Positions 1 through 8,590 are shown, numbered from the stretch's first letter. The stretch is 30,761 bases of DNA from a virus (IMGVR_UViG_3300024520_000341:1-30761); one strand, 5' to 3'. Numbers and translations are program-made. Notes: generated by a model not told the origin, from the sequence alone.

Positions 1-1667
1 AAGTCAGCCAATAATATATCGCACCACTGCTGAGTGTGAGTCATGCCGTCGTATATCATCGCGGACTTGGCGACCGTCATCGGTGGTCGCTCCCTCGGGT
101 TGAACTTGGAGCAGTCGACTTGGTTTAATAAAAACTCATGTATCTTCTCGACTCCGTCCTCACTCCACGCCCATTTGTCGAAACTATCCCAGAACTTCTG
201 CGGTCGTTGGATGTTCAACTCTCCCACGAAGAACCTCCTGTCGCTCTTTTCTATACGCATCGCATCTGGATGATTCGACGTGAACATGAAGTTCGCGCAG
301 TTCGGTAATTCATGAGGCGCGATGAACTTCGGGTCGACGAGTATAGTGTTCGAGGTGATGACGGCTTTCAGCGCATTGTAGTCACTCATCTTCGTGGAGT
401 ACTCACTGACCTCCTCGCCGAGAACAAATTGCTTGTTCGCTATCCAGGTGAATCTTCCATCGTGCAGAGACGTGGAGGTTATCTCTCCTGAGTTTCTCAA
501 TCCATATATATGTCGCAGGATCTTGCCGATGAACGTCTTGCCGGTCCCCGTCTCCACAGACCAGAGGACGACAGCCTGGAGCAGCTTCGCTCCCGGGTTC
601 TGTATGGGGTAAGCCATCCACTGAAGGAGCCACTCCCAGTTCTCAATGCCTCTGACGACCTCCAGGAACGACTTCACTGACCCGCGTCTAGGCTCGCATC
701 CCCACGAGCGCCATTCGTTGTACATTCCGTCGTGGTATCTGTCCCGACCGGGAGCGTAGGTAATGTCTTTCACAGTCCGGCGATGAGGCCACGATGCCCA
801 GACGGTCGTGGCTTTAATGTCCTGTCCCGACTCGCTCTTAATCTTCGTCGTTCCCATGCGTCTATCCAAAGCTCGCTCATCACGGAGTATCTTACCGTCT
901 GCCAAACTCAGATAATTATTCATGGACTCCACGTAGACGACGCGTTCATTGAGTGACGTCAGCTCTCTACTGAAGTCTGCCTCCTCGCATTGCAAGTCCT
1001 CCAGAAACTTGTCCACTCCGTGCTTCACGAGGTAGTCGTCCATCTTGGATACGTTGTCTGTCGTAGGGAGGTATCTTATAAAGACTCGCGCTCCACGTGA
1101 GGCAAGCATAGCAGTGAGAGCAGAAAGAGCCCGTGAGACGTTCTCGTTGCTGTACATGTCACCGTCGTAGCAGACCTCGACTTCTCTGCCGGTCCACTGG
1201 ACCCAGTCAAAGTCTGGGATGTTAGACAGCGACCACTTCTTTGACTTGAACGACCAGACTCCGCCTATCGAAATACACGGCAGTCCCATGAGCGACGCGC
1301 ATGCTGCCTTCTTCTCACCCTCCGTGATGTGGATTCGTTGCGATGTGTCCTGCGATATCTTCTTCCAGTTTATGATCTGCGGGAAGTACAGATGCGGGAT
1401 CGTCTTCTCGTCCTGGTAATACTTGATCCCGAGTTCACCGTGTCCTATGTTTAACAACTTCCATCTAGAATACTTCAGTGACTTGCCGTCCGGTCCGTAG
1501 TAGGGGATTTCGTAGCACATGGCGTCGTCAATCCCAGTCCTGGCCTCAGTCTGGGGTACTGATAACGTCTGCCCTATCTTAAGTCGCTTAAGAACAGAGG
1601 GAGTTCCTATTCCGCTGCCATCTAAATCCTCTTGCCTCAGTATCCGTCCGATCTCCGCAGCCTTCAC
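1..1667 (-). CDS. Primase-helicase fusion (DUF3854-like TOPRIM primase + DUF5906/SF3-type helicase), 3' end truncated by window edge
   Basis: Absent from the ORF track because it runs off the edge; translated by hand from GTG at 1667 (GTGA overlap with the upstream stop): MKAAEIGRILRQEDL... It shows ITEGEKKAACA, GGVW, VCYDGD and KMDDYL (TOPRIM), then WLLQWMAYPIQNPG, Walker A ETGTGKT, VLGEE, FTSNH and DRRF (helicase). Confidence 0.88.
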   Translation of the reverse strand, partial: MKAAEIGRILRQEDLDGSGIGTPSVLKRLKIGQTLSVPQTEARTGIDDAMCYEIPYYGPDGKSLKYSRWKLLNIGHGELGIKYYQDEKTIPHLYFPQIINWKKISQDTSQRIHITEGEKKAACASLMGLPCISIGGVWSFKSKKWSLSNIPDFDWVQWTGREVEVCYDGDMYSNENVSRALSALTAMLASRGARVFIRYLPTTDNVSKMDDYLVKHGVDKFLEDLQCEEADFSRELTSLNERVVYVESMNNYLSLADGKILRDERALDRRMGTTKIKSESGQDIKATTVWASWPHRRTVKDITYAPGRDRYHDGMYNEWRSWGCEPRRGSVKSFLEVVRGIENWEWLLQWMAYPIQNPGAKLLQAVVLWSVETGTGKTFIGKILRHIYGLRNSGEITSTSLHDGRFTWIANKQFVLGEEVSEYSTKMSDYNALKAVITSNTILVDPKFIAPHELPNCANFMFTSNHPDAMRIEKSDRRFFVGELNIQRPQKFWDSFDKWAWSEDGVEKIHEFLLNQVDCSKFNPRERPPMTVAKSAMIYDGMTHTQQWCDILLAD

Positions 1668-1975
1668 GTGACCCTCTTAGTTGACTTCTTGCCGGACGTC
1701 TTCTTGTCGGGTTCCGACATCCGCTCGTCTATGTACCTCTGACACATGGATCTGTAAATGGACTGGACGGAGATGCCGTCCGCCTTGGCAATTGCCTTCA
1801 GCGTCTCGGTCACTCGGATGTGCTGATACAGAGTGTACTGATGCTTCATGTCCTCGGGCAGTAGATTGGCCGATTTTACTGCGCTCCGAAGCGTCGGGGA
1901 CACTGGCTCGTCGGTGAGGTTTCTGGCGTCCGAGCGCCAGTTTTCTGTCAGCGTGGCTGATTGTGGTTTTGGCAT
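1664..1975 (-). CDS. Small putative ribbon-helix-helix DNA-binding protein
   Basis: 103 aa with an AAGGA SD upstream, coupled to the primase gene. TLYQHIRVTETLKAIAKADGISVQSIYRSMCQRYI fits the strand-helix-G.S-helix RHH pattern; the C-terminus is basic. Confidence 0.55.
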   Translation of the reverse strand: MPKPQSATLTENWRSDARNLTDEPVSPTLRSAVKSANLLPEDMKHQYTLYQHIRVTETLKAIAKADGISVQSIYRSMCQRYIDERMSEPDKKTSGKKSTKRVT

Positions 1976-2001
1976 GAGTGCGTTTTCCTTCCGTTTTTAG
2001 T

Positions 2002-2039
2002 GTAATACGATGTATTGTACGTCCGTCAAAAGTGACGGA
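2002..2039 (-). promoter_or_regulatory. Candidate leftward promoter with overlapping palindromic operator
   Basis: Perfect inverted repeat TCCGTCA-aaag-TGACGGA (2022-2039) overlaps a minus-strand TTGACG hexamer. An adjacent AATAC-gat-GTATT palindrome lies just downstream. The -10 match is weak. Confidence 0.4.
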
Positions 2040-2096
2040 ATGTCGCTAGTTATACCTGGTACTACTATAGATAGCAACGGGGTGGATTGTTGCGCA

Positions 2097-2317
2097 GAAA
2101 CAGTGGGTTACGCTCTCTGGCGGGAGTAAATTGGACGTGAAACGGGTATCCGAAACGGGTGAGCGTTCTGACCCACTTGTACCTATTTTCCAATTGTAGT
2201 TAATTATAGGTATAAGTTATTGAAGGATGATATATATATAAATTAAGTATAGTGTTTCAAGCGTTTCATAGTGTCTCCTAGGTCTTCAGAGCGTTTCAAG
2301 GTTGATTCACTGTTTCA
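2097..2317. repeat. Candidate replication origin: oppositely oriented GAAAC/GTTTC iterons around an AT-rich core
   Basis: GAAACGGGT at 2139-2147 and 2152-2160 (also GAAAC at 2097); AT-rich core ~2184-2253 with a TATATATATA run; GTTTCA at 2254, 2263, 2293 and 2312; next to the primase-helicase arm. Confidence 0.5.
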
Positions 2318-2355
2318 GGTTGTTGGGGTTGTTTTACCGTGGGATTATTCATCCC

Positions 2356-2495
2356 CAGGGAGCGCGGTTCGCCTTCGGGGTTCGTCTTCCGCTTGGTCTC
2401 TTTAGGACACACCATTTCGCTCGCCCGATGTCGTGTCTCCGTGCGTGTAATTCCAAGTCTCCACCGTGTCTGGGGAGCGAGCTGCGCTCCTCCTG
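2356..2495 (+). ncRNA. Candidate structured RNA / 5' leader (long rod hairpin) upstream of terS
   Basis: GGAGCGCGGTTCGC (2359-2372) pairs with GCGAGCTGCGCTCC (2477-2490), including two G-U pairs. Nested stems: GCTTGG/CCAAGT (2391-96/2453-58) and GGACAC/GTGTCT (2405-10/2433-38). Confidence 0.4.
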
Positions 2496-2531
2496 TTAGG
2501 TCGTATGGAAGTGTCGGGAGGATGAGAGTAC

Positions 2532-3272
2532 GTGACCAAGAAGACTGGAACGAAGAGCTCTGCTCGGAAGAAGACTGTAAGGAAGTCTCCTGCGAGGAAG
2601 AGCACTGCCAAGAAGAAGAGCGCGGCGTCGGCCGAGTCTGCCTCCCACACGAGCGCGAAGAAGAAGAAGAAGCATGGTCACAGAGGTCGCAAGAAACGAG
2701 GACGTACAGCAGCGGAGAAGCGCGCCGACGAGGCACTCCGACCCACGAGGCGGAAGCCGACATCAGGCGGGAAGGCTGCGAAGAAAGAGATACTGGACTT
2801 CTTTGCCAGCGACAATCTAGCCATCCTGAACGAGACCGAGCTCAACGAACGGAAGATGGTGTTTCTAAGAGCCTACGCGAACAAGGGAATCGTACGAGAC
2901 GGACTGGTCGCGGCCGGAGTTTCGTGGAAGGCGTACGCGTCATGGCAGAAGAACGACGAGGCGTTCTCGGAGGGATGTCGGCATGCAGAGAACATGGCGG
3001 CAGACAGGCTCGAAGCGGAGGCGATACGAAGAGGGCGAGACGGCTATGCGAAGCCCATTATATACAAGGGCGAGATCACCGGCGAGTACACCGAGTATTC
3101 AGACTCCCTCCTACAGACTGTATTGAAGGGGCACAAGCCGAAGAGATACAAGGACCGCACGGAACACTCCACTCCGCCGGGACAGCCGTTACAAATGGAG
3201 ACCAAAGAATCCAGAGACGACGTCATGGCGACACTGCTCGGCATGATCAATAGCAAGGAGAACCCGGAGTGA
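2532..3272 (+). CDS. terS: Terminase small subunit with a Lys/Arg-rich N-terminal extension
   Basis: HTH-like FLRAYANKGIVRDGLVAAGVSWKAYASWQKNDEAF, then DRLEAEAIRRGRDG...YSDSLL..VLKGHKPKRY, typical of a widespread TerS family; first gene of the rightward operon; GGAGG SD. Confidence 0.75.
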   Translation: MTKKTGTKSSARKKTVRKSPARKSTAKKKSAASAESASHTSAKKKKKHGHRGRKKRGRTAAEKRADEALRPTRRKPTSGGKAAKKEILDFFASDNLAILNETELNERKMVFLRAYANKGIVRDGLVAAGVSWKAYASWQKNDEAFSEGCRHAENMAADRLEAEAIRRGRDGYAKPIIYKGEITGEYTEYSDSLLQTVLKGHKPKRYKDRTEHSTPPGQPLQMETKESRDDVMATLLGMINSKENPE

Positions 3273-3622
3273 GGACGAGGAGAGGATTTGTACAGGGAGT
3301 CGCTGCACTGCTAGTGATTCCGTTCACATCGCGAGCCAGACAGCCAGACCTCAGCGAGGAGAGTCTGGAAGAGCTTATGAAGGACGCGTATTACGTTTCA
3401 GGCACTGACAGATGTCAGGTCTGTTACGGAGTCGGCGTCCACTCAACTTCGTGTTGCAACGTGAACGCCGTTCGTTCATCGTCACGAGAGACCCGCAAGA
3501 CATACGGTCTTAGAGAACACTGGAGCACCGAGACAGGCGAGTCTGTTCCCTGCGGTGAGTGGTGCGAGAAACTCCACGAGGCCGAGGACAGAGCGTTGGA
3601 ACGCTCAATGGAGAAGTTATGA
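3269..3622 (+). CDS. Hypothetical protein with twin-arginine-like N-terminus and Cys/His cluster
   Basis: GTGA overlap with terS; begins MRTRRGFVQGVAALLVIPF; contains CQVC...H..CC and CGEWC. Confidence 0.6.
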   Translation: MRTRRGFVQGVAALLVIPFTSRARQPDLSEESLEELMKDAYYVSGTDRCQVCYGVGVHSTSCCNVNAVRSSSRETRKTYGLREHWSTETGESVPCGEWCEKLHEAEDRALERSMEKL

Positions 3623-4017
3623 CCATCACCCACCGAGAGACGGAGCCTGCGAAGTACATCATCGAGCAGCGAGATGTGGAAGGAGCGATCATCTACACGG
3701 AAGAGATACCGATCAGCTCGGGACAAGACGCGGCAGAGATACGAGCGACAGAGTTAGAGAGGCTGAAGCCTAGTTTGAATACGACATGGTACTTACGAGG
3801 TGCTCTTACAGAAGCGCGCGAGCTACCCGGTATCGTAACGTCAAAGTTCGTAGATACTGCGACACTGTACGATGTCCAAGGCGTTGACGCCGTACGTGCC
3901 AGTGTGAACGGAGCAGACTTAGAGCTCCGCTTCTTTGTACAGCTCGCCACTGAACCGGGACAGATCGTTGAGTTCTACGACAAGGATGACAGGCTAGTTG
4001 CGGAGGTAGTCCTTTGA
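3619..4017 (+). CDS. Hypothetical protein
   Basis: ATG at 3619 overlaps the previous stop (ATGA) and has GGAG upstream, so it is a better start than the track's 3559. Confidence 0.65.
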   Translation: MTITHRETEPAKYIIEQRDVEGAIIYTEEIPISSGQDAAEIRATELERLKPSLNTTWYLRGALTEARELPGIVTSKFVDTATLYDVQGVDAVRASVNGADLELRFFVQLATEPGQIVEFYDKDDRLVAEVVL

Positions 4018-4054
4018 GTACTAGACACATCGCAGAGACAGGGAGGCTGAGACA

Positions 4055-6709
4055 ATGCAGATACTAGCAGGGAGCTTCGTTCCTCGTATTGTTGTCGCGT
4101 CGGAGACGGTTCAGTTCTCACCGACGACGTACATGCCGAGCGAAGAGGTGGGGACGTTCGATCTTACCGTGACTCGCTCCGGTTCAGCGTTGACTCGCCT
4201 CGAGATATCCTTCACAACGGTGAACGGCACCGCCGTATCGGGTACGGACTACACTGCGATATCCGGGCCGAACCTCGTATGGGAAGCTGGCGAGATTGGG
4301 AACAAGACGATTACGATTACGCTTACTGATCGAGATGGAGTGGAACAAGGGAACTTGGTCTTCACGTGCGTCCTGACTAAGGTCTCGGGCGACGACACGC
4401 TGTCAAACGGGACCGCAACGATAACCATCCAAGACCAGGACGCTAACCCGCATCCGCAGGAGCATAGCAGCTCGTTCTTGTTGTGTCAGGGAGCAATCAA
4501 CACACGATTGGTAGATAACAGCCACCCGATGAACGTTCTGTTCGGAGTGGTGGACGACACGCTGTTCCAGCCGCAACTGATATGGAACGGAAGCAGAGCT
4601 GTACGCATGGGTCTCATCCGCGACTTCTGGAAGATCAACCCACTGCAAGTGTGGACGTTGCACAATCCTCCGTTCCACTCGTGGCCTGGATTCAACTTGA
4701 AGGAAGCGCACAAGTGGCACGCTCTATCGAAGTTCTTGCAGACGATAAACCGAACCGACGCGATGGTGTTCCGCAACGCTACGTCTACGCCGAGCAACCC
4801 AGCTCTGAATCGGGATGAGGAAATTAACATAGGAGGGCAGAACAACTCGTTCAACTCATCTAAGCAGGGACAGTTCCTGCTGAACATCACGAAGTCACTG
4901 GTCTACAATGAGTACGCTAAAATAATGGCCGACGTACTTGTGGGCACGCAGGTATCAACGTTCACCCCGTCGAGCCTGAACGGGGAAGACATGAGCGACA
5001 TAATGCGAATTATGTCGGACGGCACCGGGCTAGTAATTCCGAAAACGCTTAACGGACTTGAAGGCGTTTTGCTGTCGGGGTCCGTGGCATCAATAGACGG
5101 CACGGAAGGTAACTCCCCCGGAGAGGCGACCATTGTTACATTAGATGGTGACCCCGGAATTCCCGTGGAGGCGAACGACCTCCCGATAGGCCGAGTGAAC
5201 GGCGACTCTCCGGCCATACCTGCTGGCATGAAGGAAGTGACGGAAGTACACTCCGTCGGGTTCGCGCCGAAAGGTAATTCTAAGACGTACGTCTGCCGAC
5301 AGATCATAGGAGCGAAGGGATCCCAGATATATCTGAAGCCGTTCTCGAATACTGCGAACAGCAATCAGCCGCAGGACTCTGCTCTTCGGGCGAGCCCAAC
5401 GGACTGGGCGTACGCAGTGAGTGACCCGTCTACCAGTACGACCAACGTGGACTGGACCGCGGACGGTACTCCTGAGAACTTCATGGCGGGAGCGGTGCTC
5501 ACTGCTGCTGCTATAACGTCGTACAAAGCGGCCATCGGTGCTGCGTGTGTCATCGCCGGAGGGCAGAACGTGCTGTCTTACGGGGGCAACATATCCCAAG
5601 GGCTGACGCAGAAAAGATCTTCGATCGGATATGCCACATCTCCGCACCCATTCACTGGTTTGATGGAGACTCCGCACGGGGAGAACTTCTCTCCTAGTAA
5701 TGCGAAAATAGCGCCTCGAGAGGATGGTACTCACGGATACGAGGCAGATACCTCAGACACTGCCCGTATGATGAAGCAGATGTACTTCGGAGCGTCTCAC
5801 GTGCCGGACAGCGTCAGTGACTGGTGTAAGACTAAACCATACGGGTTCATCCCAGAGATAACGATGTACTCGCAGAACTACTACGGATACGTTCCGTACA
5901 CGAGCATGACCACTGCGAATAAGAAGTTAATGGCGCAGGACTTTTCGCTGTACGCTATGTTCTGGGCAGTCGCGAAGACCGTCCCCAAAGTGTCTGTCCC
6001 CAACATGAACATGGAATCGGGCGGAGGGCTGACCTCAGAATCTGCACTCATCTCCGAAGTAGTCTTCCTTGACTGCGATACAAACTGGTCAACGCCAGCT
6101 CCGTTAGGAACGTACACCGAGGGCGGAACGGACAACGCGGGTAACGTTGACACAGGATCGTGGGCGTGGACTGCGGATGACGCGGGAGCCGGGAACTTTA
6201 TTAACTTGGGGTTCTTCCGAATTCTGTTCGCCAGGCGATTCGGCGACTTTGTTGTGTTCATGAATCTGTCGTCGGCCAAGGATGACAACCAAAGTCTGAG
6301 TTCGGGATTTGACTACGTCCGTCCGTTACATCTAGACAATCCGTGGGTGACACGAACAGCCAACGATGAGGATGTCTTCACAGTGGCAGACATGGCGGCG
6401 ATGGCATCCGCCGGGACTATCTATACGTCCGGTGAAACTCTGACCCGCGTAGACTTTGCGACGTACAACAACGCGCTCAGGAAGGCGTACTACGACGCTC
6501 ACGCTGATGCCGGTCCGATATGGGATAGCTACACTGGCGGCTGTGGACCACGTCTGCCGCATCCTGCGGACGGAGCGTCCTTCACAGTGGCGAACACTCC
6601 GGCCATTCTTAGGGACGACATCTGGTACGACAACACGAGCAAGGTTCTTAATCAGTCGGTCGACTTTCCGGTCGCTCCGCTTACTGCGTACATATTCAAG
6701 GCGACATAG
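4055..6709 (+). CDS. Large Calx-beta domain protein with a putative glycoside-hydrolase-like (GHL15-like) C-terminal region; probably virion-associated
   Basis: Clear N-terminal Calx-beta signature (VQFS..TY..SEE.G...LTVTRSG...TTVNGTAVSGTDY...GEIGNKTITITLTD...ATITIQDQD). Downstream motifs WKINP, FARRFGDFVVFMN and PVAPLTAYIF recall GHL15-type proteins. GGAGG SD. Confidence 0.6.
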   Translation: MQILAGSFVPRIVVASETVQFSPTTYMPSEEVGTFDLTVTRSGSALTRLEISFTTVNGTAVSGTDYTAISGPNLVWEAGEIGNKTITITLTDRDGVEQGNLVFTCVLTKVSGDDTLSNGTATITIQDQDANPHPQEHSSSFLLCQGAINTRLVDNSHPMNVLFGVVDDTLFQPQLIWNGSRAVRMGLIRDFWKINPLQVWTLHNPPFHSWPGFNLKEAHKWHALSKFLQTINRTDAMVFRNATSTPSNPALNRDEEINIGGQNNSFNSSKQGQFLLNITKSLVYNEYAKIMADVLVGTQVSTFTPSSLNGEDMSDIMRIMSDGTGLVIPKTLNGLEGVLLSGSVASIDGTEGNSPGEATIVTLDGDPGIPVEANDLPIGRVNGDSPAIPAGMKEVTEVHSVGFAPKGNSKTYVCRQIIGAKGSQIYLKPFSNTANSNQPQDSALRASPTDWAYAVSDPSTSTTNVDWTADGTPENFMAGAVLTAAAITSYKAAIGAACVIAGGQNVLSYGGNISQGLTQKRSSIGYATSPHPFTGLMETPHGENFSPSNAKIAPREDGTHGYEADTSDTARMMKQMYFGASHVPDSVSDWCKTKPYGFIPEITMYSQNYYGYVPYTSMTTANKKLMAQDFSLYAMFWAVAKTVPKVSVPNMNMESGGGLTSESALISEVVFLDCDTNWSTPAPLGTYTEGGTDNAGNVDTGSWAWTADDAGAGNFINLGFFRILFARRFGDFVVFMNLSSAKDDNQSLSSGFDYVRPLHLDNPWVTRTANDEDVFTVADMAAMASAGTIYTSGETLTRVDFATYNNALRKAYYDAHADAGPIWDSYTGGCGPRLPHPADGASFTVANTPAILRDDIWYDNTSKVLNQSVDFPVAPLTAYIFKAT

Positions 6710-6711
6710 AC

Positions 6712-7419
6712 ATGACCGTTACCGTCGACGTAGTCACTGAGATTGAGGATGCAACTCCGGCAGACCCGGAGGCGAACAACCATGCTGCTGGAACTCCGAA
6801 AGGAGTCGCGGTCTTCGTCGGGACAAACAACGAAGATACTGAGCGGATAACCGGCATCACTTACGGTGGCGTCGCGATGACCAAAGTGCAGTACGCGTAC
6901 AATCAAGTCGCCGCTCCCAGCGCCGGAAACGCGTATCTGTACTTTCTTGGGGCCTCTGTGCCTTCTGGCACCCAGAGCGTATCAATCGCCGGTCTGAGGT
7001 CTACCCGAGCAGCTCAAATTGTCATTGTGTCGTTTGACGCAGCAGGCGACTTAGAGGTAGTGGACAGCGATTTGGTAGAGGATGCCGGTTCAACGAGTGC
7101 GAGTGTCGTACTGAGCTACGCCTCAAGAACTTGTATGGCTTTCGGCGGCATGGTGACAAGCGAAGCTGTCGTGGGAAATAGCACTGTTCTTTCTGGCATG
7201 ACGGCGCTACACGATTACGACTTCGGCGCTCGTGTCGCCTTAGCATCAAGAGAGACAACGGCTCAGGCATCAGACTTCACTTTCGGATGGACGGACTCAG
7301 GAACTAACAGTCACGCACTGGTTGCTATGGCCATCAGTGAGATAGTACTCTCAGGCGACGGACGACAGAATTTCATAGGCGGCATGACCGCTAATTTATC
7401 AGGAGGCATGAGCAGCTAA
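6712..7419 (+). CDS. Putative virion accessory beta-sandwich protein
   Basis: Ser/Thr/Ala/Val-rich beta-strand pattern, ITGITYGGVAMT motif, short Gly-rich C-terminal tail; tightly packed in the operon. Confidence 0.5.
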   Translation: MTVTVDVVTEIEDATPADPEANNHAAGTPKGVAVFVGTNNEDTERITGITYGGVAMTKVQYAYNQVAAPSAGNAYLYFLGASVPSGTQSVSIAGLRSTRAAQIVIVSFDAAGDLEVVDSDLVEDAGSTSASVVLSYASRTCMAFGGMVTSEAVVGNSTVLSGMTALHDYDFGARVALASRETTAQASDFTFGWTDSGTNSHALVAMAISEIVLSGDGRQNFIGGMTANLSGGMSS

Positions 7420-8165
7420 TGGCTAAGTTGAATATTGAAGGCGGAACAGAAAGTTTTATCGACATTGTCATTCTGGAAGACGATACGGTGTCTACCGGGG
7501 CAGGCAAGACGGGGATTGTTTTCAGTGGCGTGACTTGCTACTACCAAATTCAGGGTCAGTCCACGTGGACTGCTGTGACCTTGACGGGAACGGGAACGCT
7601 CGGGACGTATACGTCAGGGTTCTTCAAAGAAGCGGACGCGACCAACGCACCAGGAGCGTATCAGTTTCATCCGCCGAATCTGTCCATTGCGTTGGGCTAC
7701 GGGACAGTTACTTTCATACTGAAGGGATCTGGGTTCAAGGAAAACCGATTCCAGTACCAGGATGGAGTATCTCTCACCGCTATTGGAACCACAATGGCAA
7801 CGAAACTTGCTGACATACATCTAGATCACATGTTCGCTGTAGCAGTGACCGACGAAATTGTGGACGGCAGTTGGGGAGCTGATGTCGTTTCAGCAGCCGG
7901 TGATTGGAGTGACTACGATCCGACGCTACATTCGTTGGAGGCAAACTATGTCAACCTTGGCGAAGCTACCGACACAGACTTCGCCACCGACATAGACGCG
8001 ATTGGTCAGGGAGTCATAACAATAGACGCCATAGTCGATTCCATAACCGCGAGACTCCCTGCGGCGCTAACTGTGGCTGGCCTTATGAAGAGCGATGTTG
8101 TGGCTGTCAACGCAGTGGCACTACAGGGAGCTGGGACTGTGCTTGATCCATGGCGTCCGGCTTAA
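7419..8165 (+). CDS. Putative virion appendage/anchor protein
   Basis: TAATG coupling. GAGKTG...TLGTYTSGFFKEADATNAPGAYQF and C-terminal GAGTVLDPWRP resemble motifs in phage structural hypotheticals. Confidence 0.5.
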   Translation: MAKLNIEGGTESFIDIVILEDDTVSTGAGKTGIVFSGVTCYYQIQGQSTWTAVTLTGTGTLGTYTSGFFKEADATNAPGAYQFHPPNLSIALGYGTVTFILKGSGFKENRFQYQDGVSLTAIGTTMATKLADIHLDHMFAVAVTDEIVDGSWGADVVSAAGDWSDYDPTLHSLEANYVNLGEATDTDFATDIDAIGQGVITIDAIVDSITARLPAALTVAGLMKSDVVAVNAVALQGAGTVLDPWRPA

Positions 8166-8188
8166 TTTGTAACTGAGGAGGAAGGAAG

Positions 8189-8590
8189 ATGATCGAGCAA
8201 GCGAAGAAGATACCGCCGTCGGCGGAGGAGTTAGAATCTGACAGGATGTTGTGGCTAGTGGCGAAGCTGGCGCACAGCGTGAACCGAGCGTACTGCGCGT
8301 CGATTGGAGACAACAGTCAGGTTCCGTGGGACGAGTCTCCCGAGTGGCAGAGAACGTCGGCGTTTGAAGGAGTAAAGAAACACTCCGAGAACCCGAGCAT
8401 GACGCCGGAGGAGTCCCACGAGAGCTGGCTGGATCTTAAGAAGGCCGAGGGCTGGCGGTATGGGATGGTCAAGGATGAGGTCTCCAAGACGCATCCGTGC
8501 TTCCTGCCGTACTGGCAACTGCCGAATCAACAGAAGGCGAAGGACGCTCTGTTCACAGTCATCTGCAAGACGATGTTCGGCGGAGAGTAG
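8189..8590 (+). CDS. RyR-domain protein
   Basis: AHSVNRAYC..IGD.SQ.PW...PEWQ...TPEESHESW...K.AEGW.YG.VKD...KTHPCFLPY..LP..QKAKD matches the stand-alone phage RyR repeat domain; GAGGAGG SD. Confidence 0.85.
   Translation: MIEQAKKIPPSAEELESDRMLWLVAKLAHSVNRAYCASIGDNSQVPWDESPEWQRTSAFEGVKKHSENPSMTPEESHESWLDLKKAEGWRYGMVKDEVSKTHPCFLPYWQLPNQQKAKDALFTVICKTMFGGE

Noticed and set aside
43-1419. Short ORF-track calls in the first 1.5 kb
   Set aside because: All lie within the minus-strand primase-helicase gene that the track missed.
2097-2317. GTTTCA/GAAAC repeats resembling CRISPR repeat ends
   Set aside because: The motifs are only 5-9 bp, irregularly spaced and in both orientations, with no repeat-spacer periodicity.
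2339-3253. 304-aa alternative-frame ORF overlapping terS
   Set aside because: It is a shadow of the low-complexity Lys-rich terS frame and has no recognisable motifs.
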